From a virus (lineage: Duplodnaviria > Caudoviricetes): a stretch of DNA of 64,000 bases. Position numbers and translations under genes: made by a program. The first letter of the stretch is position 1. Every line of letters starts with the position of its first letter. The notes beneath the pieces are model-generated. The model saw only the letters and a program-made list of their open reading frames with translations. It did no database searches and was not told where the DNA came from. This document shows, piece by piece, positions 38,347-47,954 of the stretch. The stretch covers positions 71,256-135,255 of IMG/VR virus record IMGVR_UViG_3300028805_000067; one strand, 5' to 3'.

Positions 38347-39500
38347 CATTTGTTATCGTAAAGGCTTTTTATCCTTTACTTCTTATAGTTTCCTATAAGT
38401 TCAGCATATCTTTTCACCTATATAGGTGCCCCGGCCTCGTGGTAGGATTATATCTTTTCACCTACTATGCGTTGCCCCTGACTATACTTAGTATAGCCTT
38501 CGGTTCGGATTAGCGTATCTATTGACTTAGCTTTCCCGCTTAATTCCGGAGTTTATTGTCGGCATTATATAATAAATTGACTTGTTTCAAGTTTTAAATC
38601 TTTTAAATTTAAAGTATCATATTTAGTAAATGGAATTCTAATTAATGGTATATTATTGTCTTTACACCATTGATTTTTTATTAAATCGTGTTTATGAGTA
38701 TATTCATAATCAAAAACACTATCTTTATCAAAATGTTGCTCTCCATCATATTCTATTAAATACTTATTATCAACATAAAAATCAAAAGGTAATTCTTTTT
38801 TATCTTTGCAAGTAGTAAAAGTTTTTTCTACTTCATAATTAATATTTGCTTCATCTAATATATCTGCAATTTTTACATTTCCTCTTGATATATTATTATG
38901 TAAACCGCAGCTTAAACTTCTATTTTGTCTTAAACTAGTTCCTAATACATCTTTTTCTCTACCGCACTCACATCGGCAATGCCAATAAATAGTTCCACCT
39001 GTATTGCGTTTATTTGTTTTATATAATACCGTCCATTTACCAATTTTTTGTCCTGTCATATCTATTTCAGTTGTTTTAAAATTTGGAATAGTCTTTCCTA
39101 TTAAACCGGCATCATACCATGTTTTAGTAATCATTCCTCTACTTACATTAAACTCTTTAGCTAACTCAGTAGAAGTTTTATTATTATATTGTGCAATAAT
39201 TACCTCTTTATCTTTTATAGATAATTTTGGAGTTTGTGCAGTATTAGGATCAAATCCTATATCTTTACAATGTCTTAATATTGTTGATTTAGAACATCCA
39301 TAAAAATCTGCTACTTTTCTAGAACTTTTTAATTCTTTATAAGTATTAATAAAATCTTCATTAGAAACTGTGAATTGAAATTTTGCTGTCATAAGAATAT
39401 TCTCCTTTTTATATAATATTTTCTTATAATATATAAAAATTCGATTATTCCGGTTTAATCAACTTGTCCAAGATAATCAAAATTTTTTATATGATAGTTT
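38347..39500 (-). mobile_element. group I intron in dut
   Basis: 5' exon ends in T (GGT) and intron ends in G; P (AATTAAGCGGGAAA), Q (AATCCGAACC), P7 variant GCATA/TATGC; splicing restores CVG|VIDADYRG. Confidence 0.88.
38565..39392 (-). CDS. intron-encoded homing endonuclease, Vsr/EDxHD-like PD-(D/E)xK type
   Basis: Two HTH repeats, WHCRCECG..SCG domain, PFDFYV..IEYDGEQHF..HDLIKNQWC. Confidence 0.8.
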   Translation of the reverse strand: MTAKFQFTVSNEDFINTYKELKSSRKVADFYGCSKSTILRHCKDIGFDPNTAQTPKLSIKDKEVIIAQYNNKTSTELAKEFNVSRGMITKTWYDAGLIGKTIPNFKTTEIDMTGQKIGKWTVLYKTNKRNTGGTIYWHCRCECGREKDVLGTSLRQNRSLSCGLHNNISRGNVKIADILDEANINYEVEKTFTTCKDKKELPFDFYVDNKYLIEYDGEQHFDKDSVFDYEYTHKHDLIKNQWCKDNNIPLIRIPFTKYDTLNLKDLKLETSQFII

Positions 39501-39785
39501 ACCGACACAATTAGCTGGCCTAAGCCCCTGTTTAGTAGCTAGTCCTGAACGAGCAAAAATAGCGCCAAATGTTCCTTGAGGTAATTCTATTGAAATACCA
39601 GTATCAATCTTAACAGTCTCGCCTGGGTAAATATTAACTTCGTCATGTGAATATAAATCAAGCCCTGCCGCACTTGTACTACCTCTTGTTGGAATAATAC
39701 TGTCTTCAAATCTTTTTACAATTTTAGGATTGTGTATTCTAATAGCATTATTATTTATTGTAATTATATCATCTGCCGTAATCAT
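39501..39785 (-). CDS. dut: dUTPase exon 1
   Basis: AAGLDL motif 1, ARSGLA motif 2; AGGAGG RBS before ATG at 39785. Confidence 0.9.
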
Positions 39786-39786
39786 A

Positions 39787-40047
39787 TTATTCCTCCTCAA
39801 ATGCGTTACCGTTACCATAGCTAATACTTACATTACGGTCTGGTTCTTTTTCACTTGTAAACGATTTAACAATGGTGACTCTATACCATTCGTCCACGAT
39901 TTCACCCTTAGCTTTGCTACATTTGTATTCGCTAGAATATTTGTCAACTGTGTAGTTATGATTACGCTTCTGCTCTTCAATAAAATCTTTAGCTTCCTGT
40001 TCGGAATCTGCTCGATAAACTTCTGTAGTTTTAATCAGATACTTCAT
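39787..40047 (-). CDS. hypothetical protein
   Basis: ORF with AAGGAG RBS. Confidence 0.7.
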   Translation of the reverse strand: MKYLIKTTEVYRADSEQEAKDFIEEQKRNHNYTVDKYSSEYKCSKAKGEIVDEWYRVTIVKSFTSEKEPDRNVSISYGNGNAFEEE

Positions 40048-40327
40048 ATATTTTATGCTCCTTTATTGTTACATGTATTTTATTACTATAATGAGTTAAT
40101 AGCTGTTTTGCAAATTTTTCACAGTAAGTATGTCCACCTACAAATTGAATTTCCTGCACTTCTTGCTCATCAATTGCTTGTTTAATACTATCTGGCAAAT
40201 TATTTTTAATCAGCCTAAAATTTTCTTTAAATAAAACTTTATCATTATCTAAATCTAATATATAAGCACGGTTAATAGATACTGGACTCATAAAGATAAA
40301 CATTTTCTTACCTTTTACATCATTCAT
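40031..40327 (-). CDS. hypothetical protein
   Basis: GGAGG RBS before MNDVKG. Confidence 0.65.
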   Translation of the reverse strand: MNDVKGKKMFIFMSPVSINRAYILDLDNDKVLFKENFRLIKNNLPDSIKQAIDEQEVQEIQFVGGHTYCEKFAKQLLTHYSNKIHVTIKEHKIYEVSD

Positions 40328-40707
40328 AATCCGCCCTCCCAACATTCTATTGTATTATCATTAGCTGGAAAGAAATAATATAAACTTACTTCATCTCCAT
40401 CTTGTATCCAAATTTGAGTAATTTCATCGTTACTGTCTATGATTTTTGCTTTACCTCTATTTTTAATACAAGTCTTTAATTCCATAGCCAATCTATCATA
40501 AGCAGTTGCATTATGCTCTCCAATATTAAATAATGTATAATCTGCTTTTTCTCTACAAAGTAGCATATAATATTTATTATTGGTTTTTGCTACCATATCT
40601 TTAACTTTATTATATGCATCATTCATAGCAGCTTTTGTCATTGGATACATTTCTCGTACTGCATCTTTTTGCATATCATACATTGTTCCTAATGTTATAT
40701 CTGCCAT
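40324..40707 (-). CDS. conserved hypothetical phage protein
   Basis: Start MADITL with RBS; YYMLLCREKADYTLF. Confidence 0.7.
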   Translation of the reverse strand: MADITLGTMYDMQKDAVREMYPMTKAAMNDAYNKVKDMVAKTNNKYYMLLCREKADYTLFNIGEHNATAYDRLAMELKTCIKNRGKAKIIDSNDEITQIWIQDGDEVSLYYFFPANDNTIECWEGGL

Positions 40708-40733
40708 TGTCCTTTTTCTCCTTTTAATTAGTA

Positions 40734-40836
40734 TAAAGCAGGTAAGGATTTGCACCTTACATAATTAAACTTACAACCTATGTACACTCGGTGTTAATCT
40801 TATGCCGTAAGCGTTTACCTATTCCGCCACTACTTT
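40734..40836 (-). ncRNA. tRNA-Leu-like RNA with a non-canonical anticodon arm
   Basis: 7-bp acceptor AAAGTAG/CTGCTTT plus A, Leu-type D-arm TGGCGGAATAGGTAAACGC, T-arm TAAGG-TGCAAAT-CCTTA, about 50-nt middle region; promoter at about 40864-40892. Confidence 0.6.
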
Positions 40837-40893
40837 ACTGATATATTATTTATTTACAAATATATTATATCAAATTTTTTTATTTTTTTCAAA

Positions 40894-41967
40894 TTATGAT
40901 AATGGATCTAGCATAAACTTTAATGCAATATTCCAATCTTGTCCTGCATTAGCATTCCAACAATTACCATCTTCACCTTCAAGCCAAACACGAATAATTA
41001 ATTTAGTTGCTTCGCCATAACTTGTTCCATCGCCAGCCGCCAATGATGCGATTACTGTTGAGCCATCATTTTTAGTAATAGTTGACCAAGTAGGAGTTGT
41101 TGCAGAGATAGCAGAAATACCAGTTGCGCCAGTAGTTCTATTATTATAATTATCTGAATCTAAGATACCATCACTAATAGTTGTTGGAAATGCGGCAGCG
41201 TGTTCAGCGGAAGCCGCACTAATTAATGTATCTCCGCCATCTGCTAAGGTAAGACATCCACCATTTGCAGCATAAGCATCAGTTAATATTGCAACCCTAA
41301 CAGCTTGATATAAGTCATCAGTATCTTCATTGTTTTCTTCAGTTTTATCTGTTACATATCCACAAATATAAATATCTTGCACAGTCTGACTAGATGTTCT
41401 TAACCATACTGGAATATCAATATAATAGCCGTCGTCATTAGTAATATTCCAAGCAGTAGAATTTGTACTAGTCCACTCTGTAGCTGTATTTAAATGTGCG
41501 GTTGCTTGTAAAGTGCTAGTACCAGAACCAATAATACTTTCATTTGTGGCGGTGCCTGCTAGTGCGGCAGCATAAAAAGTGCTGCCCGCCTTAATTGTTC
41601 TACCTATTCCATTTGCGCCAGGTGTAAAATAAATGTTTTCACCATCAGTTGAAGATGCTGGAATAAGTTTACCAAAACTATAATAATGCCCAACATCCGC
41701 AGAATTAGACCAATCATAAATGCTACTTGGAGCATTTCCGCTTAAATAGCCTGTATTTTTTGCTAAATTATTTGCTTCACTTGCATTAGTAATTTCGCCT
41801 AATGAAATTTGAATATTCTCTGGCATTGTGGCAACCATTTGGATGCCAGCAATTTCTACTTCTCTTGCCATTGTAAACCAAGCATATGTAGATGTACCTA
41901 GCATAGCTATTGATAATAATAGCATAAGAAAAGCTGATAAAATTTTTTTATTAGTTTTCTTCTTCAT
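40894..41967 (-). CDS. secreted protein with SipW-cognate (TasA/camelysin-type) signal peptide
   Basis: MKKK-hydrophobic-GTSTYAWFT N-terminus; Thr/Ala/Ser-rich beta body; C-terminal IRVWLEGED. Confidence 0.75.
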   Translation of the reverse strand: MKKKTNKKILSAFLMLLLSIAMLGTSTYAWFTMAREVEIAGIQMVATMPENIQISLGEITNASEANNLAKNTGYLSGNAPSSIYDWSNSADVGHYYSFGKLIPASSTDGENIYFTPGANGIGRTIKAGSTFYAAALAGTATNESIIGSGTSTLQATAHLNTATEWTSTNSTAWNITNDDGYYIDIPVWLRTSSQTVQDIYICGYVTDKTEENNEDTDDLYQAVRVAILTDAYAANGGCLTLADGGDTLISAASAEHAAAFPTTISDGILDSDNYNNRTTGATGISAISATTPTWSTITKNDGSTVIASLAAGDGTSYGEATKLIIRVWLEGEDGNCWNANAGQDWNIALKFMLDPLS

Positions 41968-41983
41968 ACATCCATCCTCCCTC

Positions 41984-43528
41984 TTATAATTTTTTACTGT
42001 GTTTATACCTCATTTCTACTTCTTGTTGTTTACCTTTGTTAAAAGCTGTTTTATAGTCGCCAGTTAAGTAACCAGTAACTCGTCTTAATCTTTGAATATG
42101 ATAACCGCCGCATTGAGGACATACTTCATTTAAATCATCTGTATATCCACAATCCATACAAGTATCACAAGGCACATTAATAGCAAAATAAGGTATATCT
42201 TTGTCCATAGCATATAATACAATTGTTTCAAGAGCCTCTAAGTTATTTTTTGCACTTGCATCAAATTCTACATAAGTAATGCAACCAGCTGAACTATATC
42301 CAGTTAACTGGCTCTCAATGTCTATTTTTTCAAAAGGAGATATTTGTTTCCATACTGGCACATGCATAGAATTTGTAAAGAAATCTTTATCACTTACATT
42401 TGGAATTTCGCCATATCTCTTCTTAAACTTTTGCATGGCAGTATATGCCAAATTTTCAGCCGGCGTATAATATACACCAAAATTCAACTTAAGTTCTTGC
42501 TTAAATGCTGCACACTTATCTTTAAATAATTGTTCAATTCGTTTAGCTAATTCCATACCTTTTTCTGTTGTATGATCACAACCAATTAAAATTTGTAATG
42601 CTTCAGCTAACCCTAATTGTCCTATAGCTAGTGTGCCATGTTTAAGAGCACTTCTAATTCCTTCGGCTGGAATATATCCTTCCATTGTGCCATTTTCATA
42701 CATAAATTTTGCGGAGGCTGGGTTTTGATTGCAGATAAACTCAAAGCGTTCAATTAACATATCTTTTGCATCATCTATTGCTTCACTAAGAATATCCATA
42801 AAAATAAGTGTCTTATCTGCATCTTTATTATTCTTTTCAATTGCTTCCATAGCCAAAGTAGGTAATATGATAGTCACGGGACAAATATTACCACGACCAT
42901 CTTTCTTTTGACCTAGTCCATTGATATCATAACCATTGCTCGTGCGGCAGCCCATTGTACTAAAGTAAGTGGTAGGGTCATTAACATCGTATCCTGCGTT
43001 ACCCGACCAATCAATATTTGCATAATTAGGATATAGTCTTTGACTAGTTGATTTCAGTGCTAATTTGAATAAATCATAATTTGGATCGCCAGGGTATTTA
43101 TTTATTCCTTTACCTAATTGGAATATGCCACAAGGGAAAATTGGTGTTCTGTGAAACTTGCCAACACCTTTTATTGAGCCTTCAAGCAGTGCTTTAATTA
43201 CCATTCTGCCTTCTGGTAAAGTACATGTACCATAATTAATACTAGTGAATGGTAACTGATTGCCAGACCTACTTTGCAGAGTATTTAGGTTATGATACAT
43301 ACCCTCAACTGCCTGTTGAGTTTCTCTAACTGTCATATCCATAGCATATTGATATGCTTTGTTAAAATATTTATATTCTTCTGATTCAATATTTAATTTT
43401 TTATCAAAAGGTTGTATATTATATTCATTTTCTTTATATAAATATTTTAAACCATCACAATAATGTTTATAAAAACTTTTTCTTACATAAGGAACCATAG
43501 TCCAGTCTAAATGTGTCGCGGAAACACC
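41984..43528 (-). CDS. nrdD: anaerobic ribonucleoside-triphosphate reductase, 3' exon
   Basis: MGCRT, GRGN, TPAE, CxxC-CxxC and RRVTGYL glycyl-radical motif. Confidence 0.93.
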   Translation of the reverse strand, partial: GVSATHLDWTMVPYVRKSFYKHYCDGLKYLYKENEYNIQPFDKKLNIESEEYKYFNKAYQYAMDMTVRETQQAVEGMYHNLNTLQSRSGNQLPFTSINYGTCTLPEGRMVIKALLEGSIKGVGKFHRTPIFPCGIFQLGKGINKYPGDPNYDLFKLALKSTSQRLYPNYANIDWSGNAGYDVNDPTTYFSTMGCRTSNGYDINGLGQKKDGRGNICPVTIILPTLAMEAIEKNNKDADKTLIFMDILSEAIDDAKDMLIERFEFICNQNPASAKFMYENGTMEGYIPAEGIRSALKHGTLAIGQLGLAEALQILIGCDHTTEKGMELAKRIEQLFKDKCAAFKQELKLNFGVYYTPAENLAYTAMQKFKKRYGEIPNVSDKDFFTNSMHVPVWKQISPFEKIDIESQLTGYSSAGCITYVEFDASAKNNLEALETIVLYAMDKDIPYFAINVPCDTCMDCGYTDDLNEVCPQCGGYHIQRLRRVTGYLTGDYKTAFNKGKQQEVEMRYKHSKKL

Positions 43529-44572
43529 CGTCGATTCCTATGTTTCCATAGGGACTGACTATATCTTAACGAGTTAAAAACTCGCAAAACCCATTTCAAA
43601 TTGCGTATCAATAGCAATTTTACTCTCCCGATGCGGAGATAGTCGATACAGGTTTATAATTATTTATATCAATAATCTCATTATTTAATATCCATCGTTT
43701 TTTCATTTTTTGATAAATAGGAATATGAGAATAGGTTCTTGTTAATACTCCTCTGAAACCATCTTTAGAATAATTTTTTCCATATTTATCAAAAGTTTCT
43801 TGTAATGTATGATTAACATAGAATTTCCTTGCTTCTAAAACTTGTTCTTCTGTTAATATAGCATTACCATTTTTACTTCCTGGATTAGCTTTTTGATGGC
43901 TATGAAGTTTAATATTTTCTTTTGTATAAACTTCATCCATTATTCCTTGCCATGCAGTGCCCTCCCAAATTTTTTGAAATGCAGAATAAGAAATTTTATC
44001 TTTAAACATTTCCCAACACTCTTGGAGTCTTAATTCTCCCATAGCATAAATTTCTCTAATTTGAACTACTTCATCATATGTTAATTTTGCTGCGGGATTT
44101 GCATCCCATTGATTTGATTCTCCACCAGCAGTTAAATTATATCCTTTATCAGGATTTTGAGAATCATACTGTTTAATATATTTTCTTTCTAATTTTCCTA
44201 ATTCTTTTAAATTATTAGTAGAATCAATTTGTTCAATAGAGAAATTTTCTAATCCATATTTTCTCATAGATTTATATAAATGTTTTTTATTCTTTTCATT
44301 CCTACCTTCTGTAAGATGTTTGCTCCATCTATATTCTAAAGAACAAGTAGTTAATCCAATATATACTTTTCCATTTATATTATTTTTTATTTTATAAATT
44401 ATCAAATATATCATCTCCTTTTAGGAGAGATTATTGAGATTAAATAATTATTTTCCCACGGGATTACCATGCATTTCTGTTTAGGCTTCCCCGTTAGCAT
44501 ATATACCATTTGTTTGGTGTATATATACCCCGTTGATGAGACGGAAAAGGTTTAACAGGCAGTGTTTAATCT
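43529..44572 (-). mobile_element. group I intron in nrdD
   Basis: P1 GTTTGGT/GTTAAAC with U-G at the splice site, P10 AAACACT/GGTGTTT, R CGACTATC, S AAGATATAGTC, terminal G; restores QQFG|GVSATHLD. Confidence 0.92.
43620..44414 (-). CDS. intron-encoded GIY-YIG homing endonuclease
   Basis: IIYKIKN..KVYIG..R..H..E..GYN; 3' end overlaps the intron R element. Confidence 0.88.
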   Translation of the reverse strand: MIYLIIYKIKNNINGKVYIGLTTCSLEYRWSKHLTEGRNEKNKKHLYKSMRKYGLENFSIEQIDSTNNLKELGKLERKYIKQYDSQNPDKGYNLTAGGESNQWDANPAAKLTYDEVVQIREIYAMGELRLQECWEMFKDKISYSAFQKIWEGTAWQGIMDEVYTKENIKLHSHQKANPGSKNGNAILTEEQVLEARKFYVNHTLQETFDKYGKNYSKDGFRGVLTRTYSHIPIYQKMKKRWILNNEIIDINNYKPVSTISASGE

Positions 44573-45237
44573 ACCAAACTGCTGCAATGATTGCAATTGA
44601 AAAATAACTGCAACCAATTGAAAAGCAGTATTAACACTATTGGCTGGTCTAATATCAGTTTGTCTAGTGTTAAAACCTTGGGCCAGCAATTTATCAAATG
44701 GGATAGACAGACAGTTATGCATACCTACTGGATAAGAATCTAAATCGTGTATGTAGATTCTATTATTAAGATGATTTTCTCTGCTTCTTTTACACATACA
44801 AAAATCAAGTGCATACTGTTTCATAAGTTCATTGGTAGCTTCACCGCGGCGCCCGCCAAATGAATATTCATCAACATTGGCATTTTGATTTTGTACATTA
44901 GATGCCTCAATCTTTTGTCCAATAATTTTAATTAGATTAGAGTTTTTATTTCTTTCTCTTGTTCTACTGTCACGATAAGTTATATACGCTCTAGCTACAT
45001 CTTTTCTTTTACAGACATTAGTCCTTTTTCGACTAAATCTTGCACTTCTTCAACTGAATAGACATGATCACTAATAGTAAGCTCATGTTCAATATAAGTA
45101 GATATATTATTTGCTTTTTCTTGAGCATAATTACTTATATCTCCATCTACTGCGACAAAGGCTTTTAATACAGCCTCTTCAATTTTACTACGGTCAAACA
45201 TTACTGTTCTTCCATCTCTTTTGATGATATATAACAT
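44573..45237 (-). CDS. nrdD: nrdD 5' exon (ATP cone), broken by a 1-nt frameshift near 45011
   Basis: IIKRDGR..FDRSKI ATP cone; continues in the -1 frame as KRKDVARAYITYR..NANVDE..IYIHDLD..HNC. Confidence 0.85.
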
Positions 45238-45298
45238 ATTTACCTCCTAAGATAATTATATAGTTTATAGGATTATAAATAATATAAAAAAACTTATT

Positions 45299-45850
45299 TT
45301 AATCTTGGTCAAAATTGCCCAATAATTCTTCTAACTTAGGGGCTAATTTATTAATATCATCATCTGAATTAAATAAAGTTTCATAGCTAAAATCAATTGT
45401 AGCAAAATCTTCTTCATCTTTTAAAAATCTTCTACATATTTCATGTACATCAGGGGATTGTTCTCTATTTAAGCATCTTAATAATCGTGTTTTATTTGAT
45501 GCTTGTACATATACTGGTAAAATTTGCACCCTATCATCCGCTAACAGCATATTAATTCCATTTATATTAAAAACACCTACATTAACTTTATCCTCTGATA
45601 ATGATTCAATTGGTGTACCATAATACCAATTTCTAAAAGAAGTGGCCTCTAACATAGTTCCATCTAAAACTTTATCTGTAAATTCTTCTTCTGTTAGAAA
45701 ATAATAATCTACAGTATCTTGTTCATATTCACGCGGAGGCCTGGTAGTCGCGCTGACTATTTCATGTATATCAGCGTGACTTGCATACCATTTTTGTATT
45801 GTATCTTTACCAGCTCCACTCGGTCCAAATAATGCTAATATTTTATACAT
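45299..45850 (-). CDS. gmk: guanylate kinase-like protein
   Basis: GPSGAGKD P-loop, TTRPPREYE, DYYF, YYGT. Confidence 0.88.
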   Translation of the reverse strand: MYKILALFGPSGAGKDTIQKWYASHADIHEIVSATTRPPREYEQDTVDYYFLTEEEFTDKVLDGTMLEATSFRNWYYGTPIESLSEDKVNVGVFNINGINMLLADDRVQILPVYVQASNKTRLLRCLNREQSPDVHEICRRFLKDEEDFATIDFSYETLFNSDDDINKLAPKLEELLGNFDQD

Positions 45851-47954
45851 TGATTTTTATCCTTTCTGATTGCAAAAACATTTGTCCATCTGTTGTTATT
45901 TTATTTATTTTATATAACTGATGTGTTGCAGTATCTGCATAGGTTTTACCAATGAAGGTATCACTCTTTCTATAGCCAGTTATCATTAGTTTAGTACCGC
46001 GCTTAAACCATCCAGGTTCCACTACTTTTTTAGTTCCATCTGGTTGAATTTGTGATATCTGTCGCTTAAACATAGCATAAAACTCTTTTGTAAATTTAAC
46101 ACTAATAACACCAGTTGTAGTTAATAATGATATTGTTGACTTATTATCATTTTTACCAATTACTGTACCTACAATAACTGATAGTTTCCATAATGGTATA
46201 TCTCTACCATTTTTTCTAAAATATCGAGCGGGTTCTGGTTCTTCTGGTAACTTATTAAAATCTTGTATACCAAATACTTCTCGTTCGATATGAGCTAGTT
46301 CATGTTCATTATAATAAAAACATAAACTATCCATTTCCCATTTTGATAATGAACCTAATGCATATTTATCCCAGCATTCTTTAAACAAAAGTCCATTATA
46401 TTTTTGAAGCATTTCAATTTGATGTTCTTTTAAATATTCACGAGGAACATCCATTATTGCATCATATGCTTTTTTCCAACTTTTTTTACTTATAGTATAT
46501 AGTTGTATGTTAGGATTATATTCTAAATCTATAATTTTTAATTCAGTCAACAAATCTTCAAAATTAAATAATGAATTTAATATTTCTATATTTTTTTCAC
46601 TAAATACTACTTGCTCTCTATTACCTTTTATTTTATTAAACTTATATAACTCTACATAATTATTTAATTCTTCAGGTAACAATTGTTTTTCTATTAGAGA
46701 GTTAAAATTCTGAAGATTTAATCTAGTCTTTGGTTCGCATATTTGAGATATATAATATCCCATACTAGCTTTCCTGATATCAATACCTAAGTCCGCCGCC
46801 CATTTTTTATCAATGTTATCAAAGGCTCCACCCTTAATTAATGCAATCATAGCGGGTTTTTTTAATTTGATTTTATTCATAAAATCTTTGATAGATACAT
46901 AAGGTCTATTCTTATAAATCTGCTCAATAATTTCATCATTAATATTTGTTAGTGGTTTAAAACCATACATAATAACATTATTTTCAACATCAGGCTCAAA
47001 AGTATATCCAGATTTATTTATATCCAATAATGATACTTGTACACCTTGTTGCTGAATTACACCAATAGCTTTTGCTATTTTTTCATAGTTTGTATTTGCG
47101 GATTTCTTTTCATCTTCTTCATCATCAGCATTATCTTCAACAGCTAAATCTGCATCTTCTATTGGTTCTTCCTCTATTGATGCACTATTAACTATTAAAC
47201 AAGCGCAATTCCAATATATAGGATTCCACTTAGTCGCAATATAGGCGGTTTGATAACCTATGATGGAATATGCTAGTGCATGTATGACAGAAAAGCTATA
47301 TCCCATTTGAGGGCCAATCCCACATTCCCATATATATCTACCTATTGCTGGAGACGATGCTTGCTTAAATACCTGCTCTCTCAGAGTCGGTATCTTATTC
47401 ATCTGTTTTTTTCCAACTATTTTTCTAGCCTTATTTGCATCAGCTAGTGAAAAGTTACATAAATGTTCATCCATTAACATCTGCATCATTTGCTCTTGGC
47501 TAGGAGGCACTCCAAATGATTTTTCAAAATATGGTTTAATATATTCTACTTCTTGAGAAGATAAACCATATCGTTTCATTTCATCATACCATAAGTTAAT
47601 ATTATTCTTATAACGAACATATTTATTCATAGGCGTTTCTGCACCTTTTTCAGCAGTCATAAGTCTCATTAATCCATTACTATCTGTAAGCTCTATGATA
47701 TTTTTAGGTGCGATTTTCTTCGCGGCTTGCGAACCTACATCAGAATCAAACTGGAATAGATTTATAACTGAACCGGTTCTAATTGCTTTCCATGCTGGTT
47801 CATAATCAAGTGGCATAACATTAGGATGAAAATATTTATTATATATTTCTCTAATACTTAAATCTTTTTCTAATTGTCCATATTTCTGAAGTAATTTAAT
47901 AGCCTCAAGTAATTTGTCTTGCACATCTGTAACCAAGAAGTCATACTTTGTCAT
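45843..47954 (-). CDS. dnaE: DNA polymerase III alpha subunit, exon 2
   Basis: KYDFL catalytic Asp, YSFSVIHALAY, HhH and OB regions. Confidence 0.92.
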   Translation of the reverse strand: MTKYDFLVTDVQDKLLEAIKLLQKYGQLEKDLSIREIYNKYFHPNVMPLDYEPAWKAIRTGSVINLFQFDSDVGSQAAKKIAPKNIIELTDSNGLMRLMTAEKGAETPMNKYVRYKNNINLWYDEMKRYGLSSQEVEYIKPYFEKSFGVPPSQEQMMQMLMDEHLCNFSLADANKARKIVGKKQMNKIPTLREQVFKQASSPAIGRYIWECGIGPQMGYSFSVIHALAYSIIGYQTAYIATKWNPIYWNCACLIVNSASIEEEPIEDADLAVEDNADDEEDEKKSANTNYEKIAKAIGVIQQQGVQVSLLDINKSGYTFEPDVENNVIMYGFKPLTNINDEIIEQIYKNRPYVSIKDFMNKIKLKKPAMIALIKGGAFDNIDKKWAADLGIDIRKASMGYYISQICEPKTRLNLQNFNSLIEKQLLPEELNNYVELYKFNKIKGNREQVVFSEKNIEILNSLFNFEDLLTELKIIDLEYNPNIQLYTISKKSWKKAYDAIMDVPREYLKEHQIEMLQKYNGLLFKECWDKYALGSLSKWEMDSLCFYYNEHELAHIEREVFGIQDFNKLPEEPEPARYFRKNGRDIPLWKLSVIVGTVIGKNDNKSTISLLTTTGVISVKFTKEFYAMFKRQISQIQPDGTKKVVEPGWFKRGTKLMITGYRKSDTFIGKTYADTATHQLYKINKITTDGQMFLQSERIKINV

